Positions 1 to 12,230 are shown, counted from the stretch's first letter. The stretch is DNA of 64,000 nucleotides from Patescibacteria group bacterium (GCA_041666205.1 JBAYHI010000002.1:64725-128724); one strand, 5' to 3'. Made by a program: numbers and translations. The notes: generated by a model not told the origin, from the sequence alone.

Positions 1-37
1 AAAAAGATCTGGAAAATCCAGACCTTATTTTATTTGC

Positions 38-760
38 CTATTTTGCGAGTTCTGCGTCGATCACTTGTTGGAACGATTCAAATGGAATCGCGCCCGACAT
101 GGCAATCCCATTCACGAACGTTGCCGGAGTACCTTCCACGCCTGCATCAATTCCACTTTGCAAATCCCCGTCAACCACGCTTTGATAGGTGGCATCTGCG
201 TAGCAAGCCGCGAATTTTGTGAGATCGAGTTTTAAGTCCGTTGCGATTTGTGTGTACAATTCGTCTCCGAGCGTGGTTTGATTGGCATAGAGCTCATCAG
301 CGTACTCAAAGAATTTTCCCTGTTCGCCCGCGCATTCAGATGCAAGCGCCGATGGAACGGCTTCTGGGTGGATGCTCGTAAGTGGAAAATGACGATAAAC
401 AAGCGCTACGTCTGATCCGTATTCTTCAAGAATGGATTGAATCGTTGCTTGGTGACGTTCACAATACGGACACTCAAAATCTGAATACTCAACAAGCACA
501 ACTTTTGCCTTAGAAATATCGCCGTAGATATGATCGTTGGACGTCACAGCCGCAAGCACAGCACTCCCCGTATCGGCTGTGTCGGTTGTATCGGTATTTT
601 TTACAACAGGCGTATCCCCGGTTTCCCCTTTTGCTGGAAGCGTAACGGAATTGAGAAGTAGCGTAACTGCAACTCCGCTTACAAGACCGAATACAAATAG
701 CATTTTCGGATTTGCGTCAAAAAATCCAGGCGTTTTTTGAGATGGTGTTTCATCGCTCAT
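38..760 (-). CDS. DsbA-like thiol:disulfide oxidoreductase with N-terminal TM anchor
   Basis: Thioredoxin-fold CPYC motif (YSDFECPYCERH); single N-terminal hydrophobic helix; 4-nt overlap with lgt. Confidence 0.7.
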   Translation of the reverse strand: MSDETPSQKTPGFFDANPKMLFVFGLVSGVAVTLLLNSVTLPAKGETGDTPVVKNTDTTDTADTGSAVLAAVTSNDHIYGDISKAKVVLVEYSDFECPYCERHQATIQSILEEYGSDVALVYRHFPLTSIHPEAVPSALASECAGEQGKFFEYADELYANQTTLGDELYTQIATDLKLDLTKFAACYADATYQSVVDGDLQSGIDAGVEGTPATFVNGIAMSGAIPFESFQQVIDAELAK

Positions 761-1503
761 AGAATGCGTTTAAGTTTGAAAATCCTCCAAAGAACAATCC
801 CTCCCGCAACTGCAAGCGCAATGCTTGCAAATTGCCCTGGGGTGAAGCCTATGTATCTTACATCAGTCACCCGATTGAAGTCGAGCAAAAACCGTACACA
901 GCCCTCGTACAAAGCAAATAGCCCCACAAAGAGACCGGGTCGATCTTTTATACGCAGAAGCATCAAAAAAATTACAGCAAGGAATGCGCTTGTGAGCACT
1001 AAATACAGGCCGTGATCGCCACGCACGATTCCATCGGGATACAAGATGCCCAAGAAAAACGTGGTCTCTTTTCCCGGATGATCGTGAATCAAAAAACATC
1101 CAATGCGCCCAATCATTTCCCCAAATGGCAATCCAAACGCGAGTGCTTCGACATAAGGTAACACCGGGAGACGTTTGAATCTTAGAAATGCAATTGCGGT
1201 TGCACCCGCGGCAATGAGTCCCCCGAAAAATGAGAGTCCACCCTGCCAAATCATGAGAATCTGCAGAGGATGCGAGAGCAATTCCGGGGTATAAAACAAT
1301 TGCCCCAGTCGTCCGCCAACAATCCCCGCGATAATCATCCAAAACGCTAAATCAACAATCAGCTTACGATCGAGATTTTGTTTCTTTGCAAACCAAGCGG
1401 CCGCGAACGTTCCTACGAGAAATCCAAGCGCCACAAAAATTCCCCACACGTAAATCGTGAGGCCAAGCAGATGAATTTCTGACCATGCAAAATATGGAAT
1501 CAT
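757..1503 (-). CDS. lgt: prolipoprotein diacylglyceryl transferase
   Basis: Multi-TM protein with Lgt signature region (GGLSFFGGLIAAG, HPGKETTFFLG). Confidence 0.8.
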   Translation of the reverse strand: MIPYFAWSEIHLLGLTIYVWGIFVALGFLVGTFAAAWFAKKQNLDRKLIVDLAFWMIIAGIVGGRLGQLFYTPELLSHPLQILMIWQGGLSFFGGLIAAGATAIAFLRFKRLPVLPYVEALAFGLPFGEMIGRIGCFLIHDHPGKETTFFLGILYPDGIVRGDHGLYLVLTSAFLAVIFLMLLRIKDRPGLFVGLFALYEGCVRFLLDFNRVTDVRYIGFTPGQFASIALAVAGGIVLWRIFKLKRIL

Positions 1504-2927
1504 GAGCGAATCGCTTCGTATGCTGCGGCAATGTCGAGTAATTTACCATCTTCCATGCGTGGCGATACAAACTGCAATCCAACCGGTAGGTTTTGCGATA
1601 ATCCGCATGGCACAGAAATGCCAGGCAATCCGCAAATGTTGGCAAACGTTGTGTAAATATCCGCCAAATACATTGCAATCGGATCATCGAATTTTTCCCC
1701 TAGATTCCAGGCAACCATGGGAGACGTTGGCATCACAATCACGTCAACGTGCAAAAACGCATCGTTTAATGATTCGTTAATGGCTGTTTTCACTGCAAGC
1801 GCTTTTTTATAATACGCATCGTAGTAGCCAGCGGACAAAATATACGAGCCCAGCATGATGCGGCGTTTCACTTCGCGACCGAATCCATCGCCACGTGCCG
1901 TAAGGTAACTTTCCCAAATGCCGTCGACGTGCGCGCGCGTGCCATAACGCATGCCGTCAAATCGCCCGAGGTTTGAACTCGCCTCGGCTGGTTGCAAAAT
2001 ATAATAAACCGGCAAGCCGTATTCCAAGAGGGGAAGATCCAAATCCACAATCGTGGCTCCGGCATTTTTGAGCGCCTCAATTGCCTCCTGTACTTTTGTT
2101 TTCACGCCTTCATCCATCCCATCAATGAACGCTTGTTTTGGAACGCCAATGCGAATGCCCTGCACGGAATGCGATAACAGTTCTGCGGGATGCTTTTCTG
2201 TGACATCCAAAGATGTTGCATCTTGCTCATCGCGCCCTTCAATGGCTTCTAGCGCAAGTGCGCAATCCGCCACTGTTGTTGCGATTGGCCCGATCTGATC
2301 GAGGCTAGACGCCATGGCAATGAGACCAAAACGACTCACGCGACCATATGTTGGCTTGAGGCCGACAACGCCACATAGAGCTGCTGGCTGGCGGATTGAT
2401 CCCCCGGTATCGGACCCAAATGCAATCGGCACAAATCCCGCAGCAACCGCAGCCACGGCGCCACCCGACGATCCACCTGGGACTTTCGTTGTATCGATTG
2501 GATTGCGTGTTTTTTGGAAATACGATGTTTCCGTGCTTGAACCCATGGCAAATTCATCCATATTCGTGCGCCCAACAATGATGGCCCCAGCTGATTTCAA
2601 CCGATGCACAAGTGTGGAGTCATATGCCGCAACGTAATCGATGAGCATTTTCGAACCCGCGCAGGTTTTGTGACCCTTGTGGCACATATTGTCCTTGATC
2701 GCAACAGGAATACCCGCCAATCGACCAACCTCATCGCCCCGCGCAATGCGCGCATCAATCTCGCGCGCAGCGGCAAGCGCTTCGTCGTCATAGACTTCCA
2801 CGAACGCTCCGATTTTTTCATCTTCCGCGTGAATTTTTTTCAGGCTCTCCCGCACTAATTCCTCAGACGTGATTTCTCCGCGCATCAAAGCCTCACGCAT
2901 TTCCATGGCTGTTTTCATACTATTCAA
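1500..2927 (-). CDS. gatA: Glu/Asp-tRNA amidotransferase subunit A
   Basis: Amidase signature GGSSGGAVAAVAAG, IKDNM motif, 475 aa. Confidence 0.9.
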   Translation of the reverse strand: MNSMKTAMEMREALMRGEITSEELVRESLKKIHAEDEKIGAFVEVYDDEALAAAREIDARIARGDEVGRLAGIPVAIKDNMCHKGHKTCAGSKMLIDYVAAYDSTLVHRLKSAGAIIVGRTNMDEFAMGSSTETSYFQKTRNPIDTTKVPGGSSGGAVAAVAAGFVPIAFGSDTGGSIRQPAALCGVVGLKPTYGRVSRFGLIAMASSLDQIGPIATTVADCALALEAIEGRDEQDATSLDVTEKHPAELLSHSVQGIRIGVPKQAFIDGMDEGVKTKVQEAIEALKNAGATIVDLDLPLLEYGLPVYYILQPAEASSNLGRFDGMRYGTRAHVDGIWESYLTARGDGFGREVKRRIMLGSYILSAGYYDAYYKKALAVKTAINESLNDAFLHVDVIVMPTSPMVAWNLGEKFDDPIAMYLADIYTTFANICGLPGISVPCGLSQNLPVGLQFVSPRMEDGKLLDIAAAYEAIRS

Positions 2928-3213
2928 ATATTCCAGGAACCTCGAGGGCGGTACCGGTTTTTTTAGGGAATGCGTTTATGCATGCCAAGCGATCGTCTTC
3001 CCCACTGTGTCGACGCACATCGGCTCGGAAGACGTTCGAGAGATCCGTAAGATATGCTTTGGCTTCAATCGCACTTGTATCGACTTCATGGAGTTTACTC
3101 ACATACGCAACAATCGAAGGCAAATCGCGTCGAAGTGCTTCTTGCTCTTCATCGCTCAAATTGAGCATTGCGAGCTTGGCAACTTTTTGAACATCAAAAT
3201 CTAATTCCGTCAT
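2920..3213 (-). CDS. gatC: Glu/Asp-tRNA amidotransferase subunit C
   Basis: 97-aa GatC-like sequence immediately upstream of and overlapping gatA. Confidence 0.8.
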   Translation of the reverse strand: MTELDFDVQKVAKLAMLNLSDEEQEALRRDLPSIVAYVSKLHEVDTSAIEAKAYLTDLSNVFRADVRRHSGEDDRLACINAFPKKTGTALEVPGIFE

Positions 3214-3218
3214 ATGGG

Positions 3219-5378
<2,160 letters not shown>

Positions 5379-5505
5379 CTATCGAACACAGCCCGACCGG
5401 AAAAACGTTCCTGCCCTGGGTGGTTTGGTTCTTCATACGTTTTTCCGGGCTGGCCAATTGTAAAGGCCAGGATGGGCTACAAGAAAACAGACCCTTTCTT
5501 TTCCC

Positions 5506-5540
5506 CCCTCTTTTCTTTGGGTCCAGCAAAGAAAAGAGGG
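5506..5540. repeat. hairpin repeat H2 (CCCTCTTTTCTTTG-GGTCCAGC-AAAGAAAAGAGGG)
   Basis: Same architecture and loop as H1; followed by a third GC hairpin (AGGGGCAGGATGCCCCT, 5552-5568) overlapping the pilD stop. Confidence 0.6.
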
Positions 5541-5566
5541 GCTAGGGTTCAAGGGGCAGGATGCCC

Positions 5567-6388
5567 CTATATAAGATATCCCGAATACCAATTCCAAATT
5601 GATTCTCCAAATAGCATGCCAAATAGAATCCCAACAGCAAGGAATGCCCCGAATGGTACATAACTTCGAACCGATCGATGGCGGAGTAGCACAAGCGCCA
5701 TGCCGACAATCGACGCCAAGAGATACGCAAAAAATACTGAAATGAGTCCGGCTTCGATGCCAAGAAGCGCGCCCGCAAGCATCCCAATCCGCATGTCCCC
5801 GGCTCCCATCCATTTCCCATGCGACAGCCAATATTGAAACCCGAAGAATGCCCCAATCACCAAGATGCCAGTCACGAGTGATACAACGGGCGCGCCCAGC
5901 CACAGATTGAATGCAACCGCAAGGACAATCCCTGCAACAGCATACCGATCCAAAATTCGGAAAAACCGCAAATCATAGATTGCCACGATCAAAAGGAATA
6001 CGGAAAGCGTTGCATCGCGCAAAAACAAAAGGAGCCATTCGGACGAACCCACAAATGATGGCATCCAAACGCCAAAATACGCTCGAGCAAAAAAGAGCAT
6101 GAAAAGAACTGCGAGCACAATCTCCACCAATGGGTATTGCGTTGAAATTTTAAATGAGCAGCTGCGACAGCGTCCTTTTAAATTAAGATAACTCACAACC
6201 GGAATGCGATCTAAAAACCCGATCGGCTCGCGACACATACGACAACGCGATTTGCCGATGAGCTGACGTTTATCGTTTACGCGGAACACAATGCGATTAA
6301 CAAGATCGCCGGCACATAAGCCGACGATTCCGATCACACAAATGTAAAAAATCTCACGCATATTACTCAGCGCATGCTCCGGCTTCAA
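5567..6388 (-). CDS. pilD: type IV prepilin peptidase (A24 family)
   Basis: N-terminal CxxC...CxxC zinc motif (CRMCREP...CRSCSF) followed by a polytopic A24 peptidase domain. Confidence 0.8.
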   Translation of the reverse strand: MKPEHALSNMREIFYICVIGIVGLCAGDLVNRIVFRVNDKRQLIGKSRCRMCREPIGFLDRIPVVSYLNLKGRCRSCSFKISTQYPLVEIVLAVLFMLFFARAYFGVWMPSFVGSSEWLLLFLRDATLSVFLLIVAIYDLRFFRILDRYAVAGIVLAVAFNLWLGAPVVSLVTGILVIGAFFGFQYWLSHGKWMGAGDMRIGMLAGALLGIEAGLISVFFAYLLASIVGMALVLLRHRSVRSYVPFGAFLAVGILFGMLFGESIWNWYSGYLI

Positions 6389-6842
6389 ATCCTGATGCCG
6401 TAGCGCAATTGAGGCCTTTCACTAAATTCAGAAGCGGTTGCGATCGTTCAAGCTCAAACTGAATGGAATAGGCTGACCCCGGAGAACCGTAGCAATACGC
6501 ATTTGATTCGCTGCCACACGACGATTTTGAGTTGAGACCAGCGGTTGGGGGCAAACTCACACGCTCAATATAAACCGGCTCGGTGCCAACCGAACACGTG
6601 CCTGAAAATCCCGCATCATGTAAACACGAGCTACCCGATGTGCCTAGAGCCATACGATCGCTTGCAATCGGGTACGCACTATTGGCATGAAAATAAATCT
6701 CAAGCCCGGCTTGCACTTGGCGCACATCAGAAAGTCGCACCGCGTCGCGCATGGTTGTGCGCGCAGACATCACGGAATAGACAGAAAGAAGCCCCAAGAG
6801 CCCAATAGCGAGCACGATGAGCAAAATGTAGAGTTTATTCAT
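6363..6842 (-). CDS. type IV pilin-like protein, non-canonical
   Basis: N-terminal hydrophobic helix then amphipathic helix (RDAVRLSDVRQVQAGLEIY), pilin-like. C-terminal domain has 6 Cys. No G/FTLIE prepilin cleavage motif seen. 26-nt overlap with pilD. Confidence 0.5.
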   Translation of the reverse strand: MNKLYILLIVLAIGLLGLLSVYSVMSARTTMRDAVRLSDVRQVQAGLEIYFHANSAYPIASDRMALGTSGSSCLHDAGFSGTCSVGTEPVYIERVSLPPTAGLNSKSSCGSESNAYCYGSPGSAYSIQFELERSQPLLNLVKGLNCATASGFEAGACAE

Positions 6843-6869
6843 ACCTCCAAGTTCCATAAAAAAAGTATA

Positions 6870-7244
6870 TCACGATTCGAGAAGCTTTTTCATTTTTTCA
6901 ACAGCCTCCTGTGGAACAAAATGCCCGAGAATCAAATAATCCGCAGCACCTGCTTCACGCGCCTCACGAATTTTTTGTTCATCCCCAAATTTTGCGAGGA
7001 TCACAATCTTAGTCGCATAAATCGTGGGAAGGGAGCGCCACCGCCTTACCACGTCTGCGATATTTGCCACGCAATCATTCTCAAGCAAAATAATCCGTGG
7101 TCGCATACGCGTGGCAACCACCTCTGCCTCCGTGACAGACTCAATGCATTCCACCACCCAACCCTCACGCTCAAATTTCCGACCATAGAGCCCGGCCAAA
7201 TACGGGTCACAGCAAACAAGAAGAATCGACAGGGGCGACGCCAT
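6870..7244 (-). CDS. receiver-domain-like protein, atypical
   Basis: CheY-like fold pattern (ILLVCCDP...IILLENDC...) but conserved DD pair and Lys not canonical; sits between pilM and the pilin gene. Confidence 0.45.
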   Translation of the reverse strand: MASPLSILLVCCDPYLAGLYGRKFEREGWVVECIESVTEAEVVATRMRPRIILLENDCVANIADVVRRWRSLPTIYATKIVILAKFGDEQKIREAREAGAADYLILGHFVPQEAVEKMKKLLES

Positions 7245-7245
7245 A

Positions 7246-8388
7246 TTATTTTTCTTTCTTTTCCGGAAGGAGTTTCATGGCAAGCCCAGCTGCAACGGAA
7301 AAACGTGGCCCGATTTCATCGAGCACTGGTCGCAAACCAGCAGGAACCGCAATGCGTGCCCAGGGGTCGCCAATATAAACGTTGATATTGAGAGCCTCGG
7401 TCAAGAACGGATCAATGTATGGGAGCCGTGCTGACCCGCCTGTGAGAATGATTTTTTCAACCGTATTGTGCTCGTGAAAATCTTGCGCACCAAAAAGTTC
7501 TAGTGAATATCGGATCTCGTGCAGAATCGGCATCATGGCGTCTTTAAGAACTTGCGGAACATCGGCATTTGTTGCAGACGCCAAATCAACTTTCATTTGT
7601 TCTGCTTCCGCCATGGTGACACCGGTTTGTTTGGCAAGCATGCTCGTAATTACTCCGCCGCCTGTTTTAATACTGCGGTGCAAATACGGAATCCCCTCAT
7701 ACACAATCGTGATATTGGTGCGCTCGTAACCGATATCCACAATCATGACGCGCGCCTTATCGTTGCCAATAAGCGAGCGAATAAGCGCAAACGCCTCGGT
7801 TTCAAGCGAGACCAGTTCAATTTTTGCTAATTTGAAAATTTCCAAATACTTCCCCACCAATTCTTTTGGCGCGCCAGAAACCAACACACGAATATGCTTG
7901 GATTCCTGCGGAGGCGGCGGGAGGGCTAGCGCTTGCGCCTTTTTATCTTCCACAATTGGTTTTGGAAGCAATTGCTTATCAATCACGAGCGAATCCAAAA
8001 TCATGTTCTCAATTGGTTGCGGTAAGAGCTTGCGCACCTGCGCTTCAATCATGGGCTTCAAATTTTCCTTGGCGTCTTTTGGCTGTGGGATCGTGATAAT
8101 GGCGTGAAAAACATGCTGGCTGGGAAGCGACGCATTTGCGCGCATGGATTTCATGCCCGATTCTTTATGAATGCGAAGTAAAATCTCCGCACCTTTTTTT
8201 GGATCATCCAATAGCGACCCGGTCCAAGTGTCGAAATTTTTGATTTGCGAATATCCGTATGTGGCAAGCCGTACTTTTCCGGATTCCGGGATAAGCTCCA
8301 CGGCTTTGATCCCGCCCGCACCAACGTCAACGCCAATTAAGCCCGGCGATCGTGATTCTTTTTTGCCGAAGAGTCCCATATGCGTCAA
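7246..8388 (-). CDS. pilM: type IV pilus assembly protein PilM (actin-like ATPase)
   Basis: N-terminal LIGVDVGAGGIKAVEL phosphate-1 motif, 380 aa. Confidence 0.8.
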   Translation of the reverse strand: MTHMGLFGKKESRSPGLIGVDVGAGGIKAVELIPESGKVRLATYGYSQIKNFDTWTGSLLDDPKKGAEILLRIHKESGMKSMRANASLPSQHVFHAIITIPQPKDAKENLKPMIEAQVRKLLPQPIENMILDSLVIDKQLLPKPIVEDKKAQALALPPPPQESKHIRVLVSGAPKELVGKYLEIFKLAKIELVSLETEAFALIRSLIGNDKARVMIVDIGYERTNITIVYEGIPYLHRSIKTGGGVITSMLAKQTGVTMAEAEQMKVDLASATNADVPQVLKDAMMPILHEIRYSLELFGAQDFHEHNTVEKIILTGGSARLPYIDPFLTEALNINVYIGDPWARIAVPAGLRPVLDEIGPRFSVAAGLAMKLLPEKKEK

Positions 8389-8400
8389 TTATAGCACGAT

Positions 8401-8826
8401 TTACCCGCCCAATGCTTCGTCGACGGTTTTATTCACAAGCATATCGGCCTGACGATTCTGTTCACGTCGCACGTGACGGAACGTCACGGTACGGAAACCT
8501 TGTTTGAGGCGATAGACCTCGAGAAATTTTTTTGCAAGTTCTTCGTTGCGCACCTTATAGTTCCCGTTCATTTGCTCCACGATGAGTTCAGAATCCATGA
8601 CCACATCCATCATGTCAAAATTAAATTCGCGCGCTTTTTGCAACCCAATAATCACCGCTTCATATTCGGCTTGATTATTTGTGGCAATTCCTAGATAGCG
8701 TGTGACTTTAGCGACTTCGTCTTTTACATTCCCGTCGCGATCCACTTCAAAGATCACTGCGGCTGATGCGGCGGGGCCTGGATTTCCACGCGCTCCACCA
8801 TCGGTAAACATCCGACCGTATTTCAT
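8401..8826 (-). CDS. rnhA: ribonuclease HI
   Basis: FTDGGARGNPGPAA and QAEYEAVIIGL motifs. Start probably at MKYGRMF (internal Met of the 147-aa ORF). Confidence 0.8.
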   Translation of the reverse strand: MKYGRMFTDGGARGNPGPAASAAVIFEVDRDGNVKDEVAKVTRYLGIATNNQAEYEAVIIGLQKAREFNFDMMDVVMDSELIVEQMNGNYKVRNEELAKKFLEVYRLKQGFRTVTFRHVRREQNRQADMLVNKTVDEALGG

Positions 8827-8840
8827 ATGGGCACATTCTA

Positions 8841-10586
8841 TCAACCTTGCACGTCAAAGTCCAAGAGACGCATCTGAATATCTTTTTTTCCATTCCACTC
8901 GTGAAATTGCAATTCGTACACTAATTCGATTTTATCGCCAAGACGCAAGAACGCACCAAGTTCGGCCATGCCAAATCCGATCACAGAAAAGCAGGCGCTT
9001 CCAAGATGCGAAACCATCAGGCGCAAATGTTTTCCGTCTTTTCCAATGGTTTGCGTTGAGAGAATCGAAACGTCGCGCGTGTGAAAAATCGGCTTGGGAT
9101 TTTTTTGTCCAAAGGGAGCGAGACGTTCAAGCTCGAGCAAAAATGCATCCGAGATGGCCGTAAATGGAATGGAGGCGTCAATTGCAAGTGTTGATTTGAT
9201 TTCTCGATCTCCAAAAAATGCGGCCGCAAATGTTTGCGCATGAGTTTTGAATGCTTCAATCCCCTCTTGTGTTGCCAACGTAAGACCGCACGCTTCCGGA
9301 TGTCCACCACATTTCACAAATAACTCCGGCTTTGCATGCATGAGTTCCACGAGATTGAGCCCGCCGGCACCTCGACCTGACCCGACATATTGTCCGTTGG
9401 ATTTGGTAATCACAAATGCTGGCCGACCAGTTTGATTTACGATTTTTCCGGCAATTAGGCCAATGATACCCGGGTTCCAATGTTCACTCACAATCACATA
9501 AACCGGCGCGTTTTTTTGCGCATCCATTGCCAGTTGAGCTTCTTCAAACATGGCAGACGTAAGCGTTTGACGATTGCGATTCAAGCGTTCCAATTCTTCG
9601 CAAAAAATGCGTGCCTCATCGCGCGTTTCTGCAACAAGGGCGCGGTACCCAATTTCGGCGGATGCCAACCGCCCCGCAGCATTCAACCGTGGACCGATTT
9701 GAAATCCAATGCCTTCGGTATCGATTGATCGCAAATCAATACGCGCAAGCTCGCCAATGATTTGAAATCCCGGGCGACGCGTTTTCCGTAGCACCTGCAA
9801 GCCATAATGCTCGAGCACGCGATTTTCCCCAAGGAGTGGCATCATGTCCGTCACGGTTGCCACGGCCACAAAATCCAGAAGCCACTTTTCACGACCTTCA
9901 GCCAATGTAAATCCTTTCACGCGCGCTTCCTCAAATAAGGCAACGGCAAGTTTCCATGCCACGCCCGTTCCGCACAGAAATTTATTTTCATACGTTTCCC
10001 CCGGCACCAGCGGATGGATGAGAATTGCTTGCGGAAGTTCATCCCCAAGCTGATGGTGATCGCACACAATCGTATCAATCCCGAGCTCCTTTGCGCGAGC
10101 AATTTCTTTTGGCGTGGCAATTCCACAATCAACCGTAATCAAAAGATTCACGTGATTTTTCCCAAATGATTCAACTGTGTGCATGGCAACGCCATAACCG
10201 TCTTTCTCTCGATCAGGCAAATAGACCGAAAGTCGTGGCACCACGTTCATCGCTACGGCAAGTTCACGAATTGCAACCGTCAGCAAACTTGATCCACAAA
10301 CCCCGTCAGCATCGTAGTCGCCGTGAATTTGGATGAGTTGGTTCTGTTGAAGCGCCGAAAAGATTCGATCAACCGCCTCGCGCATGCGTGTGAAGTGCCA
10401 TGGAGACTCCACATGATGTTCCCAATTTGGTGCCAAAAAATCCTCGAGCGATTCGAGTGGAATTCCGCGATTCTTAAGGATTGCCTCAAAAATAGAAGGA
10501 GGATCCTCCGACTGAATGTTCCAGGCGTATTGCATGCTAGGCAAACATGGCAAAGACCATGGTGAAAATACAAATAAGCGCCACAA
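8841..10586 (-). CDS. recJ: single-stranded-DNA-specific exonuclease RecJ
   Basis: DHH motifs (HGDYDADGVCGSS, DHH), DHHA1 region. True start may be the MQYAWNIQ Met 17 codons in. Confidence 0.85.
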   Translation of the reverse strand: MWRLFVFSPWSLPCLPSMQYAWNIQSEDPPSIFEAILKNRGIPLESLEDFLAPNWEHHVESPWHFTRMREAVDRIFSALQQNQLIQIHGDYDADGVCGSSLLTVAIRELAVAMNVVPRLSVYLPDREKDGYGVAMHTVESFGKNHVNLLITVDCGIATPKEIARAKELGIDTIVCDHHQLGDELPQAILIHPLVPGETYENKFLCGTGVAWKLAVALFEEARVKGFTLAEGREKWLLDFVAVATVTDMMPLLGENRVLEHYGLQVLRKTRRPGFQIIGELARIDLRSIDTEGIGFQIGPRLNAAGRLASAEIGYRALVAETRDEARIFCEELERLNRNRQTLTSAMFEEAQLAMDAQKNAPVYVIVSEHWNPGIIGLIAGKIVNQTGRPAFVITKSNGQYVGSGRGAGGLNLVELMHAKPELFVKCGGHPEACGLTLATQEGIEAFKTHAQTFAAAFFGDREIKSTLAIDASIPFTAISDAFLLELERLAPFGQKNPKPIFHTRDVSILSTQTIGKDGKHLRLMVSHLGSACFSVIGFGMAELGAFLRLGDKIELVYELQFHEWNGKKDIQMRLLDFDVQG

Positions 10587-10732
10587 CGGCCCAAATACGA
10601 CGGTTTAGTTGTTCTTTTTTCTTATCCATAGATTGAGCCCATTCTATCAACCTGCTCTCGTCTGTGCAAAAAAACAGCAAACCCCCAGGCGGAGTCGAGA
10701 TGATCGCAGGGGGGCGACGGGGGTGGGAGAAC

Positions 10733-11032
10733 TCACGGCTTGAGGAGTTGCCGAAGTTGTGGCTGGAGGTCCACGGGGTGGATTGCGAAGTTGAACATGC
10801 CAAGCTCATACCCATCCATGTTCGAACGTCGCGTCACTCCAAAGTACATGTCGACATGCGGTTCGTCTGGGCAACGCTCGTAGAGCCGCTTCCCCTTAGG
10901 CATTCCCCGCACGACTGCGGTGAGGCTAAGAACAAACCGCCTGCCATCTTCCAGGCATGCAATATAAAACGTATCGCCCGGACAAATATCCAAACCCAGG
11001 TGTGCACAAACAAGCTTTGGCGGAAGGCTCAT
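10733..11032 (-). CDS. hypothetical protein on GC-rich insert
   Basis: 99-aa ORF in a roughly 57% GC segment between recJ and the NUDIX gene; GGAG SD site 6 nt upstream; no recognisable motif. Confidence 0.4.
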   Translation of the reverse strand: MSLPPKLVCAHLGLDICPGDTFYIACLEDGRRFVLSLTAVVRGMPKGKRLYERCPDEPHVDMYFGVTRRSNMDGYELGMFNFAIHPVDLQPQLRQLLKP

Positions 11033-11117
11033 GTGAACTCCGTGAAGTTGGTTCGTTCAAATGCGCAGTGAATTTACCATAAGACCCATCAAACTCAAAA
11101 TCGAGCGTTTGCTCGAT

Positions 11118-11564
11118 TTATGGGTGAAGATATTTTTCAAATTCATTTCTATACAGCACCAGCGCTTTTCGGAATCCTTGGTGTAGTGGCTCTGGGAGCG
11201 TGCCAAGCGTGAACCAGCCAAGTTCGTCTATTTTTTCCGGCTCGTTGATTTTGACTTCGCTCGGATCTACTTTGACGAAATAGGTAATCGACAACCAGTG
11301 CGTCTTTTTTCCATTTTGGACTCGGAAAACATCATGCGCAGGCAAACAGCCGTGGATCTCTCCACGACATCCATATTCTTCCATCACTTCGCGTAGGACA
11401 TTTTCTTCCAATGTCACACCAAACTCCAATTTCCCGCCCCCATGATCCCACGCTCCATGTTCATCGCGACACTTACAGCTCCGTTTATGTAGAAGCATGT
11501 TTCCCCTTCCATCATGGCAAACAAATGCGGTGCAGATTCCAATGTAGTCCAAGCCGATGATCAT
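11118..11564 (-). CDS. NUDIX hydrolase
   Basis: NUDIX box GGGKLEFGVTLEENVLREVMEEYG; hairpin AAATCGAGC-AAAC-GCTCGATTT just downstream. Confidence 0.75.
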   Translation of the reverse strand: MIIGLDYIGICTAFVCHDGRGNMLLHKRSCKCRDEHGAWDHGGGKLEFGVTLEENVLREVMEEYGCRGEIHGCLPAHDVFRVQNGKKTHWLSITYFVKVDPSEVKINEPEKIDELGWFTLGTLPEPLHQGFRKALVLYRNEFEKYLHP

Positions 11565-11588
11565 AGTGAATTCATCATACTGCTGGCA

Positions 11589-12230
11589 CTAGATGGCCTG
11601 CAATACATCCCGCAAATCATGCGTTTTATAATGCGATTTGCATTCTTTGAACTCCAAGCCCGGATGCGTATACAAAAATGTTGTTGCACCAATAGCGTTT
11701 CCGAGTTCCATATCGCCCGGCGAATCTCCGATCACAATCAGTTCGTTAAATGAATTTTTCTGCAAAAATGCATCAACCAGTTCACGTTTTGTGCCTTTTC
11801 CTAAATGTGCATCAGCGCCAAAGAGTTTTTCTTCAGGGAAGATATGAAGAAGATGCGTGAGTTCGGCAAATAGCTTAAGAGATTTTTGTTTTGTATTTGA
11901 AACCAAAATCTGATTGTGCTTTTATTTGATGGTTTCTAGAACCTCGAGCGCACTGTCAACAAGACGAATATTTTTGGCAAGAATTTCCGGGTGCGCATGC
12001 AGAAACGTAAAACATTGTTCCTGAAGAGTGACTGTTTGTTCATGCGACGCCTCGGGCAAGAGAGAAGAAAATAATTCAAACCATTTTTTGCCATACATCG
12101 CCTGACACATGTCTTCCGTCAGGCGCTCCGCATATCCGTTTTGCTCCAAGATGAGATTGCTCGCCTCAACAACCGACCGTTCATTGCCAGTCTCAAGCGT
12201 CCCATGAAAATCCCAAATGAAGAGCTTCAT
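11589..12230 (-). pseudogene. HAD-superfamily hydrolase interrupted by an in-frame TAA
   Basis: ORFs 11922..12230 (motif I FIWDFHGTLE) and 11589..11906 (motif IV IGDSPGDMELG) are in the same frame, separated by TAA at 11922-11924 plus 5 codons. Downstream part starts only at TTG with no SD site. Confidence 0.5.

Noticed and set aside
863-1342. Overlapping opposite-frame ORFs inside lgt, gatA, copA, secA and others (many track entries of 60-170 aa)
   Set aside because: They are fully embedded in strongly supported genes, have no SD sites or motifs, and are typical shadow ORFs.
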